A stretch of 51,940 bases of DNA from Guillardia theta CCMP2712 (GCF_000315625.1 NW_005434570.1:171390-223329); one strand, 5' to 3'; positions 9,761 through 20,847 are shown, counted from the first letter of the stretch. Made by a program: numbers and translations. The notes: generated by a model not told the origin, from the letters alone.

Positions 9761-12700
9761 ATGAGGAGGCTGTTGTGTGCGTGTGTGCTTTGGCTTGTAG
9801 TCTTGGATGGCATGTACCAGCAGGCTGAGGCGGCAAGCAGCGAGAGCTGCGGGAGCTGCACGTTTCTTATCTCGGATGAGGGGTTGTTGTCGAGGCAGGG
9901 GACCTGTGGCGGAGATTGTGGAACTGATTTTTATGGTTCCAAAAGATTTTATCTGAACTCCCGGGGTATACGGAACATAACGAACGGGACCTTCGACGGG
10001 CTGTCCAGCTTGCAGTATCTATATCTTTACAACAACAACCTGCAGAGTCTGCCTGCAGGGACCTTCCAAGGGCTCTCCAGCTTGCAGACGCTATATCTTT
10101 CCAGCAACAAACTGCAGAGTCTGCCAGCAGGGACCTTCCAAGGGCTCTCCAGCTTGCAGCGGCTATATCTTGCCGGCAACAACCTGCAGAGTCTGCCTGC
10201 AGGGACCTTCCAAGGGCTCTCCAGCTTGCAGTTTCTATATCTTGCCGGCAACAACCTGCAGAACCTTTCTGCAGGGACCTTCCAAGGGCTCTCCAGCTTG
10301 CAGGGGCTATATCTTTACTACAACAACCTTCAGAGTCTGCCTTCAGGGACTTTCCAAGGGCTCTCCAGCTTGCAGTATCTATATCTTGACTACAACAACC
10401 TGCAGAACCTTTCTGCAGGGACCTTCCAAGGGCTCTCCAGCTTGCAGTTTCTATTTCTTTCCTACAACAACCTTCAGAGTCTGCCTTCAGGGACCTTCCA
10501 AGGGCTCTCCAGCTTGCAGTATCTATATCTTGACTACAACAACCTGCAGAGTCTGCCAGCAGGGACCTTCCAAGGGCTCTCCAGCTTGAAGCGGCTATAT
10601 CTTTCCTACAACAACCTGCAGAGTCTGCCTGCAGGGACCTTCCAAGGGCTCTCCAGCTTGCAGTATCTATATCTTGACAACAACAACGAACTGCAGAGTC
10701 TGCCTGCAGGGACCTTCCAAGGGCTCTCCAGCTTGCAGTATCTATATCTTGACTACAACAAACTGCAGAGTCTGCCAGCAGGGACCTTCCAAGGGCTCTC
10801 CAGCTTGCAGTATCTATATCTTGACTACAACAAACTGCAGAGTCTGCCTGCAGGGACCTTCGACGGGCTCTCCAGCTTGCAGTATCTATATCTTTACAAC
10901 AACGAACTGCAGAACCTTTCTGCAGGGACCTTCGACGGGCTCTCCAGCTTGCAGTATCTATATCTTCACAACAACAACCTTCAGAACCTTTCTGCAGGGA
11001 CCTTCGACGGGTTCTCCAGCTTGCAGCGGCTATATCTTTACAACAACAACCTGCAGAGTCTGCCTTCAGGGACCTTCGACGGGCTCTCCAGCTTGCAGTA
11101 TCTATATCTTTCCAGCAACAACCTGCAGAGTCTGCCAGCAGGGACCTTCGACGGGCTCTCCAGCTTGCAGACGCTATATCTTTCCTACAACAACTTGCAG
11201 AGTCTGCCTGCAGGGACCTTCCAAGGGCTCTCCAGCTTGCAGACGCTATATCTTGACTACAACAAACTGCAGAGTCTGCCAGCAGGGACCTTCCAAGGGC
11301 TCTCCAGCTTGCGGTATCTATATCTTGACTACAACAAACTGCAGAGTCTGCCTGCAGGGACCTTCGACGGGCTCTCCAGCTTGCAGTATCTATATCTTGA
11401 CTACAACAAACTGCAGAGTCTGCCAGCAGGGACCTTCGACGGGCTCTCCAGCTTGCAGGTGCTTTTTCTTTCCTACAACAACCTGCAGAGTCTGCCTGCA
11501 GGGACCTTCGACGGGCTCTCCAGCTTGCAGTATCTATATCTCAACTACAACCGTTTTGCTTGCATTTCCTCCCAAGCTTTTGCTGGTTTGTCTTCACTTT
11601 CTTTTTTACTGCTTCAAGGCAACAATCTGCCGTGCTATCATCCGTCTTGGCCAAGCTTTGTTAGCAAGGACCCGAATCTCGAGCCTTGCCTCAACGAGAC
11701 TCTATGCGACTACAGCCCAGACAGCACCTCCATCGCAACCTCCTTCATCCCAACCACAACCCCACCAGCATCCTCTTCCACAGCTGCCGACACCACCGCA
11801 TCGCTGTCGCAACAAACCACTGTCGGTCCCTTCCTCCCAACCACAACACCAACTGGTGTGGATCCGACCAGACCAACCACTACCGGTGGACAAGAACAAG
11901 AGCGCAGACCTCAAACCCATCGTCTGGTACAAGTTCGATGACCCCAATGATTTGGGGAAAGACAGCAGCGGCAACGGCTACAACGCAACAAACTACGGAG
12001 CTACATATGATTCTGGCACAAACTGTAAACAGGGGGATGGCTGTGCGCACTTCAGCGCAAGCGGGACCCAGCAGTACATGACAGTGGACAACCGTTTGGA
12101 TCTTGGTACAATCCAGCAGAAGAGCGGCATCGCCGTCAGCTTCTGGGGCTACATGACGGGAGCGAGTGGAAGTTGGGCTCGCTACTTTGACTTTGGTGGG
12201 AATAGCAACTACTTTTACCACGGTGGAGGCTCAAACCTATACAACTGGTTGTTCGCCGCTCCAGGCACGTCAACGTGGCCGAGATGGCTTCAACTGGATG
12301 TGTACGACGGCAAAGGTTATTTTCCGTTGCCTTTTTCTGATCACGTGATCTCGAGTTGGCATCACTTTGTTTTCTCCATCAACAAGAACGGAAGCGCGTC
12401 GGCAAACACATGGTCGGTATGGATCGATAACGAGCTGGTGTGCGATGCGTGTCATGCTAGCGGTCTGACTTCCATTCCCATGGATGAAAGGGGATGGTAT
12501 ATTGCGCGTTCTCATTGGGAAGTAGACGGAAAGACTGATGGCGGCATGGACGACTTCCGTATTTACGATCAAGCCCTCACAGCCCTGCAAGTCGCGGAAA
12601 TATACTACGGTTCTGTGATTGACAATCCTGCTTCAACCCCCTTGGGGCCAAACTGGTTTCTTCACCCAGTCTACGTCAACTGCCATATGAATCACACATG

Positions 12701-12980
12701 GAAAGATATCATCTACGGACAATTGGCAAAGAACCAGACCTTCAAGTCGGGTGGACTCGGGAAGCTGATGACTCGAGGCGAGTACGAGGTGTGGGTCTGC
12801 AGCTATCAAGACGAGTGTGCAAAGCCCAGCAATCCCTTCTGTTACGTCTTCGACGAGCAGCAGAAGCTGTTCATCCCATGGTGAGTTGTCACGGTGTCTC
12901 TGAGAGTGATTGCAAGAGGTCCGATCAGGGCTCTGAAGCATTTCTGCAGGGGGCTGGAAGATGAGCTCATGCTCAGTTAG
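9761..12980 (+). CDS. Secreted LRR protein copy 2: same architecture as copy 1 with 21 canonical LRRs; apparent frameshift at ~11866 that a 46-nt intron (11826-11871) would remove
   Basis: ORF 9719-11941 (LRRs) and ORF ending 12884 (LamG); final exon GLEDELMLS* after GTGAGT..CTGCAG intron. Confidence 0.85.
10010..11596 (+). repeat. Array of 22 72-bp LRR-coding units (21 canonical + terminal; unit 10 has an extra AAC codon)
   Basis: Consensus TTGCAG NNN CTATATCTT NNC NNC AAC AAM CTGCAGAGTCTGCCWGCAGGGACCTTC(CAA/GAC)GGGCTCTCCAGC. Confidence 0.95.
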
Positions 12981-14157
12981 ATACGGTGATAGCCTCGCGG
13001 CACTGTTCAACGGTTCAACGGTTTGAAGACGACTCGAGCTACTTTCATGTTCAAGTTCTGTCTTTGTGTATCAAACTTGAAATGGTTTTGTTTTAGTAGT
13101 ATCCTGAGGCTCGGATTTACGAAGCCTGCCAAAGTTCGTGCCGGGCCCTGACTCACCGACCGTACTCCGTACCCACGCCACCGTCCGACGGGAAGGACCG
13201 TGCAATAAGGTCACGGCGGGCCCCCGGCGCGGCTTGCCGCAGTGCGGCGACGCACTGAGATTTGTTGAGATCAAGTCTGCCTCAGAGTTTTGACTGGAGG
13301 CCCCAAAATAGACTTCTTCATGAAATTTGTTTTTGCACATTAATGAAAAGGAGTGTTTTCAGATTAAAGAACTACGCCTCTACGTGCTGTACCCCCCACC
13401 CCTCATCTATACGAAAGCACCCCTCCCGATATTCATTGCTACATCCCCTCGATAAAATATTTCTACTCACACTTTTCCCTGCTAGTCCCCGGACAAATGC
13501 ATGGCTTACACCTCCAACAGGATAGAATCTTTAAGTAGATCCATAGGTAAAAATGTAGCTCCTGATACCCCGTCGCTTTCAGACCCCTCTACTCAATACC
13601 TCGTCTTTCACAACACCCTACCCCCTCTACATCTTTCAACCCACGGAAGTTAGCAGAAAAAATATATTATCATTTGTAGTCTTCAGGGTCGTTGTATAAA
13701 TTTGTAACATAGGCTATGAGAAAAGGTCACAAAAGTATCAATAAACTATAGATTTGTTCTTGAATTACCATAAATTAATAGTATTTATAGTAAATACCTT
13801 GGAACAAAGGGTACCCTTGTCTTGTGGGGGAAAGGAGGAATGCAGTAGTGCAGAAGGCAAGTAGCGCTAGGAAAGTTTGTATAGGGCGACAGGACACGAG
13901 CAGGCAATCTTGACGAGCTCGTGTCTGAAAGCTAGAACCATTGTGAGCGCAGAGATGCACACAAGTTCAACAGAGCTCTCTGAAAGCGAGTGATTGTGAA
14001 GGAAAGAGTTGTTGAATCCTTTTCTTGGTTGCACTAAATATTAGGAGAAACTTTTGGCTCACGTGCATAGATGATAACAAAATTTGGATGGGCAGAGATT
14101 CCACTCACTGAAATTCAATATTTTAACAGGTGGGATCTTCTTGGGCACTTGTAGAGG

Positions 14158-14688
14158 ATGCCCTACTTCTGTGAGAGTGGCTGCGGGAGGCTGGTACAAC
14201 CTCGATCGAAGGATCCGGACGTGTGCTCGTATGAGAGAGCTTGGTACGGCCTGCAGTTCTCGTGCTGTCAGTGTGTCCGGTACACTTGGCACGAGTACAG
14301 CCGTTACGCCTGCGGGCAATGCAAGCAACGAGCGCTGTCGCGGGAGCCTCCGCGACTGAAGGCGGACTTCTTCATCCCGGACATGAACGTGACGCGCACC
14401 CTGAGCTCTGCCTCCATCATGAGCGAGACCGAAGAATATGTGGAATCGCTGTTTGACGATGTTCATGACTTGAGCTCGAGTGGATCTGGTTCCAGCAGTG
14501 AGAAAGGCGCGCGACAGCAAGAGTCTATGGAGACTTCCGTGGATGTTTCTCCTCAAGGATCTCCGATAGCGTTTGACACAGAGATCGAAGAGTGTGACAA
14601 GAGCGAAACGTACATCGTTCCAAGAAAGAAGAGTGTGGACCCCAAAACGAAGATGCCCCGGTTAAAGTTGAGTCGCTCGTCATCATAG
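14158..14688 (+). CDS. Hypothetical protein with Cys/His-rich putative Zn-binding N-terminus and acidic Ser-rich, basic-tailed C-terminus
   Basis: Uninterrupted 176-aa ATG ORF with coding-like GC3; CESGC..C..CCQC..H..CGQC; PRKK..KMPRLK. Confidence 0.6.
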   Translation: MPYFCESGCGRLVQPRSKDPDVCSYERAWYGLQFSCCQCVRYTWHEYSRYACGQCKQRALSREPPRLKADFFIPDMNVTRTLSSASIMSETEEYVESLFDDVHDLSSSGSGSSSEKGARQQESMETSVDVSPQGSPIAFDTEIEECDKSETYIVPRKKSVDPKTKMPRLKLSRSSS

Positions 14689-14899
14689 GTTGAAATGTGA
14701 TATGGTTAAGAGGAGGCGGATGGAGAAACGTCCAGCTCCTAACTTTTTGTGTAGCTTATAGATTTGCAGCTTCATGTGAGTGCTGACCTGCGTTGAAAAT
14801 CCTGGTCATGCACTCATTTATTTGTACAGTCATGAATTCTTGAAACTTGTGGTAGTCAGTCGCACACCCACAATCAGTTGTCATGTGATGGTGTGAGTT

Positions 14900-16205
14900 T
14901 TAACAACTGCAGTTGCCTCCCCTCCGCTCATTCTGAGACAATGAGATTGTTCCTTGCGGCCTTCCAAAGATTGTTAGGATTTCTTGCCCTACCGAGACAT
15001 GTAGGTACCTGTTGTCCTGCTGAAATCTTCTGGTAGCTTCGTAATCTGAGATCGCCCCTGGCAAACACGTTCAATCAGTGTCAACATGCAGTATCATGAC
15101 GATGATTACGATCTATAAGGAAGTTGAATGCTTCTGCAACGTTCTTGTCGTCCTTAGCCGATGTAAGAAACCAGCCTACATCCGACAGTCATAATGATTT
15201 CAAAGAGCTGCCTTTTCGCTTCACCAATAAATTGGTCTTCCGTCACAAGATCTTGTAGAACCTGGAGGGCAGCAGCGTCACAGGAGTATCAGAGCAGGGA
15301 GCTCCGCATGCTTCAGAAGGGTCGATGCAACCTGCTCGGTAACAGCAGGGTCTGCGTCTAGATCGCATTTGTTCGCTAATAGAACCTGTTGAGAGTTTGT
15401 CAGCGACTTGCCTCTTGCCTCTTGAGCTTCTCCTACCGCAGGGATTCGACGACCGTCAGGAAGGCTTAGCTTACTGACATTAAAGTAGGCATTCTCAGCA
15501 AAGAACTCTCTTACACACGGAAAGAACCTATCGATGTCTTGTTTCCATATCTTCACGGACTGCAATGTGATCTTTGAAACGAACTTTGTGTCATCTTGTC
15601 GAACTCAGGCTGAAGAAGTGCTCAACTCACATTTCTTGTGACATCAAAGACTACAACTGCTGCGTTTGCGTCTCTGTAGTACACCCTCGTCATAGTCCCA
15701 GCTTTCTCCTTCACGCACATGTGAGGCCTTGGAATGCAAACATACAACTTCTTGCCTGTCCTGCTATGTCTCGGAGTTGCAGCCGAATAATGCTGGACGG
15801 ACGATGAATCACCTGTCCGGAAACATTTGGAACGTGATAAAGAAGGTCTCCAGCACCTTGAGAGCAAAGTCTACGCCTAGAGTGAGCTTGTAGTGTATGT
15901 CAAAGGAGCCTGCAAACAGCAAAGACGGACGGAGCATCACGTCAGTGTGTACCCAGGACGGGAGGAAGGGAAGTTACCATGCACATATCGGTTGATGATT
16001 GAAGTCTTCCCAACTCTAGGATCACCGACAACCAAAACCTACGCAGACCTTACAACCAGGAGATTGAAATGGCCAATGAACTACTTTGAACGCATAATCT
16101 GTTCTTGGTGGGTTTGCGCTGATCTGATGACAAGAAGCAATAAGCGAACACACGAGATAGATACGAGAGGATCGTTGGCAAACCAACCTGTCCAGCCGCT
16201 GCCAT
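14900..16205 (-). CDS. Rab32/Rab38/Rab29-like small GTPase (multi-exon)
   Basis: Spliced MAAAGQ|ISANPPRTDYAFK|VLVVGDPRVGKTS; TLGVDFALKV; DIAGQ|E..MTRVYY (subfamily hallmarks); LLANKCD; GWFLTSAKDD; C-terminal CSC* prenylation motif. Confidence 0.9.
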
Positions 16206-17262
16206 TGTGTGATAACAGCAGATTCAAGGCGTTTGATTGAACTCTCCCCCCTCCCTGATCACAAATAATCGTCAGCCACATTTTGCTTTCCTGTTTCTAG
16301 ATCATGTGGATCGTCGAATGTGAGATAATGCAAATGAGATGTGATGCTTCACAAGTGTGAGTTGTCAAAGCTATGCCGTTGAAAATGTGCACATGTCGGA
16401 CTTGGCATCTATGTTCATCGATACACTCGATTCATCTCGATTGCAACGTGAAAAGTCAGGTCAAGTTGGGATATCATCATCATATTCATGTTTGCCGTGG
16501 TGTTCGATGCAATAGGCCGCTTATCGTTACAAGACAGCACTGGTAAGCATAACAGTAGTTGCTCCGTGCTCATCGTGCCACCAGCCTTAATTTTTTCTAC
16601 CGCCTTCCCTTTCTAGTTCATCTGCTGATCATTCACATCGCTCATTTTTCTCCAAATCTAGCTTCTCTTCTGCTTCTCAAACTCCTTCCTTTCCTGATCC
16701 CGCTGCTCCTGCTCTCGCCTTTCTTCCCCTCCTCGTCCTCAGAGAAGCTCCTCCTCGTTTTTGTACTCTGTCTCCGCGCTAGGCTGCCGTTTATTCTAAG
16801 TCACGTCCTCGTCCAGCTGCATGCGCTCCAGATACCACTACCACCTTCTCCTCCTCGTCCTCCTCGTCCTCCTCGTCCTCCTCCTCCCACTCCAGCGCCT
16901 GCCACACATTGTCTGTTTGAGATTGCTACCCTACCTGCTAGAGAACACTTCTATCAAGGGTGGGGTGAGGTACCCCACCCTCATGTCACCTTTGAGTCAG
17001 AATGTGGGTCCTTTTATATGTTTCCGACAACCTGTCTGGTCACCCCTGAATATGATCACCCTACCCGCTAAATGTGGAAGAAATTCATTTAGGTCACCCG
17101 GTTGAATTACATTGAAAATGACCGGTACAAAAGCGGTATTTCAAGTACCCTACCTGTTATTGGAGGAACCAACCCACCCTTCAAATCATGCTGCGGTGTA
17201 CCCTACCCCCTAAATTTGGGGGACCCCCTCAGGCTTTCTACATTCCCCCGTCCACGTGGAAA

Positions 17263-19872
17263 ATGGCAGCGACTGTCGCAGCGTTCGAGGTGGAGGAGCT
17301 CAGAAAGAAGCTGCAGGATGCAAGCCTGAGCGAGAGCGAGAAGAAGGAGACAGAGGAGAAGATGTCGGCCAGACAGAAGGAGCTCGAGCAGTTGAAGAGC
17401 GCCAAGAAGTCCCCGGGCAGCATTGCCAACCCTTACTCCAAGAGTCTGTACATGCGAGCGGCGATACGGGATGTTCTGTCAGGGGACGAGGGGGTGTCTC
17501 TGATCGGAGAGACGATTGTTGTGGGAGGATGGGTGAAGACAGGAAGAACAGCTGAGAAAGGCGCCTTCACCTTCCTTGAGATCAACGACGGCTCCTGCCC
17601 GACCAGTTTGCAAGTGCTTGTCAAGGCTGAGATTGAGAACCCAGACAGGATCAAGCAGACGGGCGTCTGTGTGGTGGTGGAAGGAGAGCTGAAGGCTGCT
17701 CCCGCTGAATCGAAGCAGAAGACCGAGCTCCATGTTTCCAAGATGCTCCATGTGGGAACTTGCGAGGCGGCCGCCTATCCTATCGCCAAGAGCAAGCTTA
17801 GCCTCGAGTTTCTGCGCGAGAAGATCCATCTCCGCGTGAGGACCAACACCATCGCTGCCATCCAACGCGTGCGCAACTGCCTCGCCTTCGCCACCCACAG
17901 GTTTTTCCAGGAGAGCGGGTTCCAGTACGTGCACACCCCGATCATCACAGCCAGCGACTGCGAAGGAGCGGGAGAGATGTTTCAGATCACGACGATGCTC
18001 GCAGCAGCGGAGGAGGCGGGCAAGAAGCCTCCTCCTACTGAGGAGTACATTGCCAGCCTCAAGGCAGCCGCGTCTGCTGCTGGCAGCAAGGTCGCGGATA
18101 TCAAGAAGGCGAGCAAGGAGGGGTCGGACGAGGACAAGGAGAAGGCGAAGCAGGACTTGAAGCCGGCGCTTGACGAGCTCATGGCAGCTAAGAAGGCGGT
18201 GGAGGAAGCAGAAGCAGCGGCGAAGAACGTGGGTGGACTCCCTCGTACCGCAACCGGAGGCATCGACTACTCCACGGACTTCTTTGGGCAGCCAGTCAAC
18301 ATGACGGTATCTGGTCAGCTGCAGGCGGAGATCTACGCCTGTGCGATGACGTCAGTCTACACCTTCGGGCCCACGTTCCGAGCTGAGAACAGCCACACCT
18401 CTCGCCACCTTGCTGAGTTCTGGATGATCGAGCCCGAGATCGCCTTCGCCGACCTCTTCGACGTTATGCAGTGCGCCGAGGTGAGAAAATGTCTCCATTG
18501 ACTCTCTTCCCCCCTGTCCTTTCGCGCCTGTCTCTGACATGATCTGAAATGATCTGACATGATCTGACATGACTTCTTTCATCTTGGTATCCTCTGATGT
18601 CTCGTGCAGGACTACGTTCGCTACTGCTGCGTTCGTGTGCTCGAGGAGTGCATGGATGACCTCGTCCTTCTCTCCAAGATGTACGACAAGGGATGCATCG
18701 ACAGAGTTCGCGCAGTAGCCTCGCAGCCTTTTGGAAGATGTAGCTATACAGGTGAGGAAGGCGGAGATGATTTGAGGAGGAGGAGGAGGAGGAGGAGGAG
18801 GAGGAGGAGGAGGAGGAGGAGGAGGAGGAGGAGGTTTTAACACTGATTTGTGACAGAGGCGATCGAGATCTTGAAGAAAGCTGTAGCAAATGGACACAAG
18901 TTTGAGAACAATGAGATCGAGTGGGGAATGGACATGGGATCGGAGCATGAGAGATACATCTCGGAGAAAGTCTTCAAGAAGCCAGTTTGCTGTTACAACT
19001 ATCCCAAGGCGATCAAGGTGAATCTTGGATCGCCTCATCCTTTCAACCTCATTCACCAACATCTCATCCTCATCCTCCTCCCTTCCTCTCCCTTCCTCTC
19101 CCTTCCTCTTCCTTTCCCTTCCTCTTCCTCTCTAGTTCTCGGCCTGTCATCCGATCCGTTTCAACCTTTCCCTCATCTATCTCATCGTCTTCCTCCTCTC
19201 GTCCTCCTTCATCGCTGAAATCTTCTACAGGCATTCTACATGAGGGCTAACGAGGACGGGAAGGTGAGGGCGCGTTGACCTGACTGTCTCATGCTCATGT
19301 CCTAGCAGACTGTTGCCTCCATGGACGTTCTTGTGCCAGGTGTCGGGGAGCTCATCGGGGGCTCTCAGCGTGAGGAGAGGTATGAAGTCCTCGTCAGCCG
19401 CCTTGAGGAGCTCAATCTTGACCCCAAGGTAAGCAAGCGCGCGATGTTCTTGTTGTCACAAGTGCGCTCGTCATGTCAAGCTCATGTCATGACAATGAAA
19501 TGTTTCGATCTCTAACATTCTCTCCCTCCTTTCCCCTCTGCTCTTTGTCCCCCTTCCCTCCACCTCCTCCTCCACTTCGCCGGCAGGTCTACGAGTGGTA
19601 CACGGACCTGAGAAAGTTTGGCACGTGCGTTCACTCCGGCTTCGGTCTCGGCTTCGAGCGCCTGATCCTTTTCTGCACTGGCATGGAGAACATTCGAGAC
19701 GTCATCCCCTTCCCTCGCTGGCCAGGTGAAGGCAGATGGAGAGGAATGAAGTTAGTAGAGGACGAGGAAGAGGTGGAGAGGATGGAGGTGCCAGCAAGAG
19801 GAGAGGAACAGGAGAGGAGCGAGGGTAAGCCAGCAAGATCTAATCGCAAGTGCAGGAAACGCTCGTGGATAA
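17263..19872 (+). CDS. asnS: Asparagine--tRNA ligase, bacterial/plant-cytosolic type with helical insertion
   Basis: [10 protein letters not shown] fold, [88 protein letters not shown]; several introns. Confidence 0.97.
18776..18833 (+). repeat. (AGG)n microsatellite in an AsnRS intron
   Basis: About 19 AGG units between GTGAGG donor and GACAG acceptor. Confidence 0.9.
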
Positions 19873-20040
19873 TCGCATTCTTGCATGTTCGATCAGCAGG
19901 TTTGTTTCTCAATACAATTACACTTGAAAGGAGTATGAATTGATTGTTGTCTCGTTCAATTCAAACACCTGTCCCGATCCTCCTCTCTCCCCTCCCCCTT
20001 CCCCTCCCTTCCCTCTGCTGCCTCGCTTGCCTCAGGCCCC

Positions 20041-20601
20041 TCACAGGAGCGACTGAGTGTAGCCTGAACTCACGTTGGGCAAAGTGTGGGGCCGCTCATG
20101 GCTGGGGAGTCTTCCCACCTTGTGAGACGCTGCTGCTGCTGCGGCCATCTTCTTGTCTCTTGCTCCGGCATCATGGTGCGTCTCCCTTGGCTCGTGTCGC
20201 GCTGATCGTCGTGTGGAGCTCGTCGAGATCGCGTCCTTGTCGTCCTTGTCCTCCCGCACTGCGCATGCTTTCAGCAACATCACTGAGCCTCTGGGTTGAG
20301 TCTGACCTCCATCCTGCGGCTTGAAGTGAAGTTTCTCGTTCACCCTGGCATGAGCAAGCAGGGTTTATCATCATAACACTTCTCCTCCTCAGTCCTCTTC
20401 CCTCCTCTGCCCCCACGCCCCTTCTCCCGCCTCTCCCTCTTCCTCCCTGCCTCCCTTCCCTCACCAGTCTGCCAGTGGGTTTGGAACAACTCCAGCCAGA
20501 GCTCCAGCGCAAACAGGCGAGATGGCAGCACCGGCGATGACGAGGCCGGGGATCACAAGAGGGATCGGCATGGCGGCGAGAGAAGTTCCGAGACCTGGCA
20601 T
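20041..20601 (-). CDS. Small hypothetical protein with hydrophobic N-terminal segment; 3' exons uncertain
   Basis: MPGLGTSLAAMPIPLVIPGLVIAGAAISPVCAGALAGVVPNPLADW, GTGAGG..CCAG intron, in-frame VNEKLHFKPQ. Confidence 0.5.
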
Positions 20602-20792
20602 GGCAAACAGAGCAAGACAGTCAGTCCTGACCCCTCCCATCTCTCTCCTTCTGCTTCCCCCTCTCCTGATGGCTCAGGCCCTGCCAAGTTGGCCTTCCTA
20701 TCAGTCTTAGTACTCCTTTGTCGGAGCCTACGGTCCCCCACTTGCGCAGAACTGAATCCGCTCAGCTGTGGTGTGGTGTGGTGTGGACCGTA

Positions 20793-20847
20793 TGCTGTGC
20801 TGTGCTGTGCTGTGCTGTGCTGTGCTGTGCTGTGCTGTGCTGTGCTG
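20793..20847. repeat. (TGCTG)n pentamer microsatellite
   Basis: About 11 tandem TGCTG units preceded by (GTGTG) units. Confidence 0.95.

Noticed and set aside
3774-11596. A complete diversity-generating retroelement
   Set aside because: No reverse transcriptase or template repeat in the window; silent adenines in the modules are largely unmutated
10674-11865. N-terminal part of the 736-aa ORF (TTTCRVCLQGPS repeats) as a separate Cys/Thr-rich protein
   Set aside because: Alternative frame of the LRR array that happens to lack stops and has no ATG start; only its LamG part after ~11871 is credible
16559-17105. 170-aa hydrophobic/Pro-rich ORF
   Set aside because: Non-ATG start, pyrimidine-rich low-complexity DNA in the Rab/AsnRS divergent region
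18533-18572. 10-bp (TCTGACATGA) x4 repeat as a regulatory element
   Set aside because: Best explained as local slippage around a CTGAC branch-point-like word in an AsnRS intron
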